From a virus: a stretch of DNA of 64,000 nt. Each line of letters opens with the position of its first letter. Position 1 is the stretch's first letter. The stretch covers positions 12,922 to 76,921 of the IMG/VR virus record IMGVR_UViG_3300034069_000900. One strand, given 5' to 3'. Position numbers and translations under genes: made by a program. Positions 63,301-64,000 of this stretch are shown here, one piece after another. The notes beneath the pieces are model-generated. The model had not been told where the DNA came from and made no database searches. It saw only the letters and a program-made list of their open reading frames with translations.

Positions 63301-63999
63301 TCAGGCGCCGATCTTCTGCTTGATTTCCAGGGTGTTGGACCGCGCGTACTCCGCGGACTGCGCCCCGGCCTTCGTGGTGGTGTCGATGCGGCGCAGCCGG
63401 TCCTGAGCATCGTTGGCGTAGCTATGGATGGCGCCGACAATACCCCGGATGGTGTCGACGCTGTCCTGCGAGGCGAGACCGTCGATATCCTCGCCCAGGA
63501 TAGCCCCGGTGACCATGGTCTTGAGCGCACCGTACAGCTGCTCCGCTGGGGTGACCGTCACGTCCTTGGGCTCCAGGAGCTCGGTGTGGCGCTTCATGCC
63601 GATGGCCGCCGCGATAAGGTCCTCAGACGTGATGCGCTCACGGTCCTCCACCAGCATGGAGAGCTTGGCACGCTCCACAACCTCGCGGATCGTCGCGGGG
63701 ATCCAGCCCTCGATCGTCTCGCCGACCACGGCGAGGTCCGCCGTGGGGTCCAGCAACTCGCGGGAGTAGTGCCGCACCAGCTGCATAGCCGCAGAGGCAT
63801 CCGGGGGCTGGATGCTGACGATGCTATCGAACCTGCCGGGCCGCAGCAGGGCGCGGTCGATCTTCTCGATGAAGTTGGTGGTCAGCACGACCATCATCTC
63901 CATATCCTTGGTCACCACGCCGTCCAGCAGGTTGACGAGGTCGTTGACGTCCTCGTCCTCACGGTCTGCCGCCCGGTCGATGTCCTCCGCGAAGATGAC
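63301..63999 (-). CDS. AAA+ ATPase, C-terminal part (5' end outside the window)
   Basis: VIFAEDID (Walker B), NLLDG, TTN..EKIDRALLRPGRFD. Confidence 0.88.
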   Translation of the reverse strand, partial: VIFAEDIDRAADREDEDVNDLVNLLDGVVTKDMEMMVVLTTNFIEKIDRALLRPGRFDSIVSIQPPDASAAMQLVRHYSRELLDPTADLAVVGETIEGWIPATIREVVERAKLSMLVEDRERITSEDLIAAAIGMKRHTELLEPKDVTVTPAEQLYGALKTMVTGAILGEDIDGLASQDSVDTIRGIVGAIHSYANDAQDRLRRIDTTTKAGAQSAEYARSNTLEIKQKIGA

Positions 64000-64000
64000 G

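Noticed and set aside
1-64000. Prophage status (integrase, att site, repressor, host flanks)
   Set aside because: None is visible and all genes are phage-like. Lifestyle cannot be settled because both ends run off the window.

Overview
This window is a 64 kb segment of a GC-rich tailed phage genome, a contractile-tailed (myovirus) type. An alphaproteobacterial host is plausible but is inference only. No integrase, repressor or rRNA is visible. Left half (+ strand, 1-33.2 kb): head genes (DUF2213 protease/scaffold, decoration protein, DUF2184-type major capsid), neck, DUF3383-type sheath, tube, chaperones, a tape measure protein with a lysozyme domain, baseplate, a large set of fibre/spike/adhesin genes, and a lysis region containing an endolysin and a papain-like peptidase. 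Middle (- strand, 33.2-38.4 kb): an operon-like run of SNF2 helicase, small ORFs, TerB, TerC, four tandem Y-RNA-like ncRNAs and a TROVE/Ro60 protein. Right half (+ strand, 38.8-60.3 kb): a replication module (SSB-like protein, primase, two SF1 helicases, family A polymerase, exonuclease, VRR-NUC-like nuclease) and a thymidine hypermodification toolkit. The toolkit comprises a 5-hmdU DNA kinase, myo-inositol-phosphate synthase, an amino acid:DNA transferase-like protein, a CX5R phosphatase, a P-loop kinase, a dUMP hydroxymethylase-like enzyme and an HD nucleotidase. Three AAA+ ATPases follow on the - strand. Two systems stand out. (1) A tightly coupled ino1 / DNA transferase / phosphatase / kinase / hydroxymethylase cluster, which suggests an inositol-derived DNA base modification. 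(2) A phage Ro60 with an array of four Y-RNA-like elements, one of which is a circularly permuted tRNA-Ile-like structure. All family assignments come from motif recognition by eye; no database searches were run.
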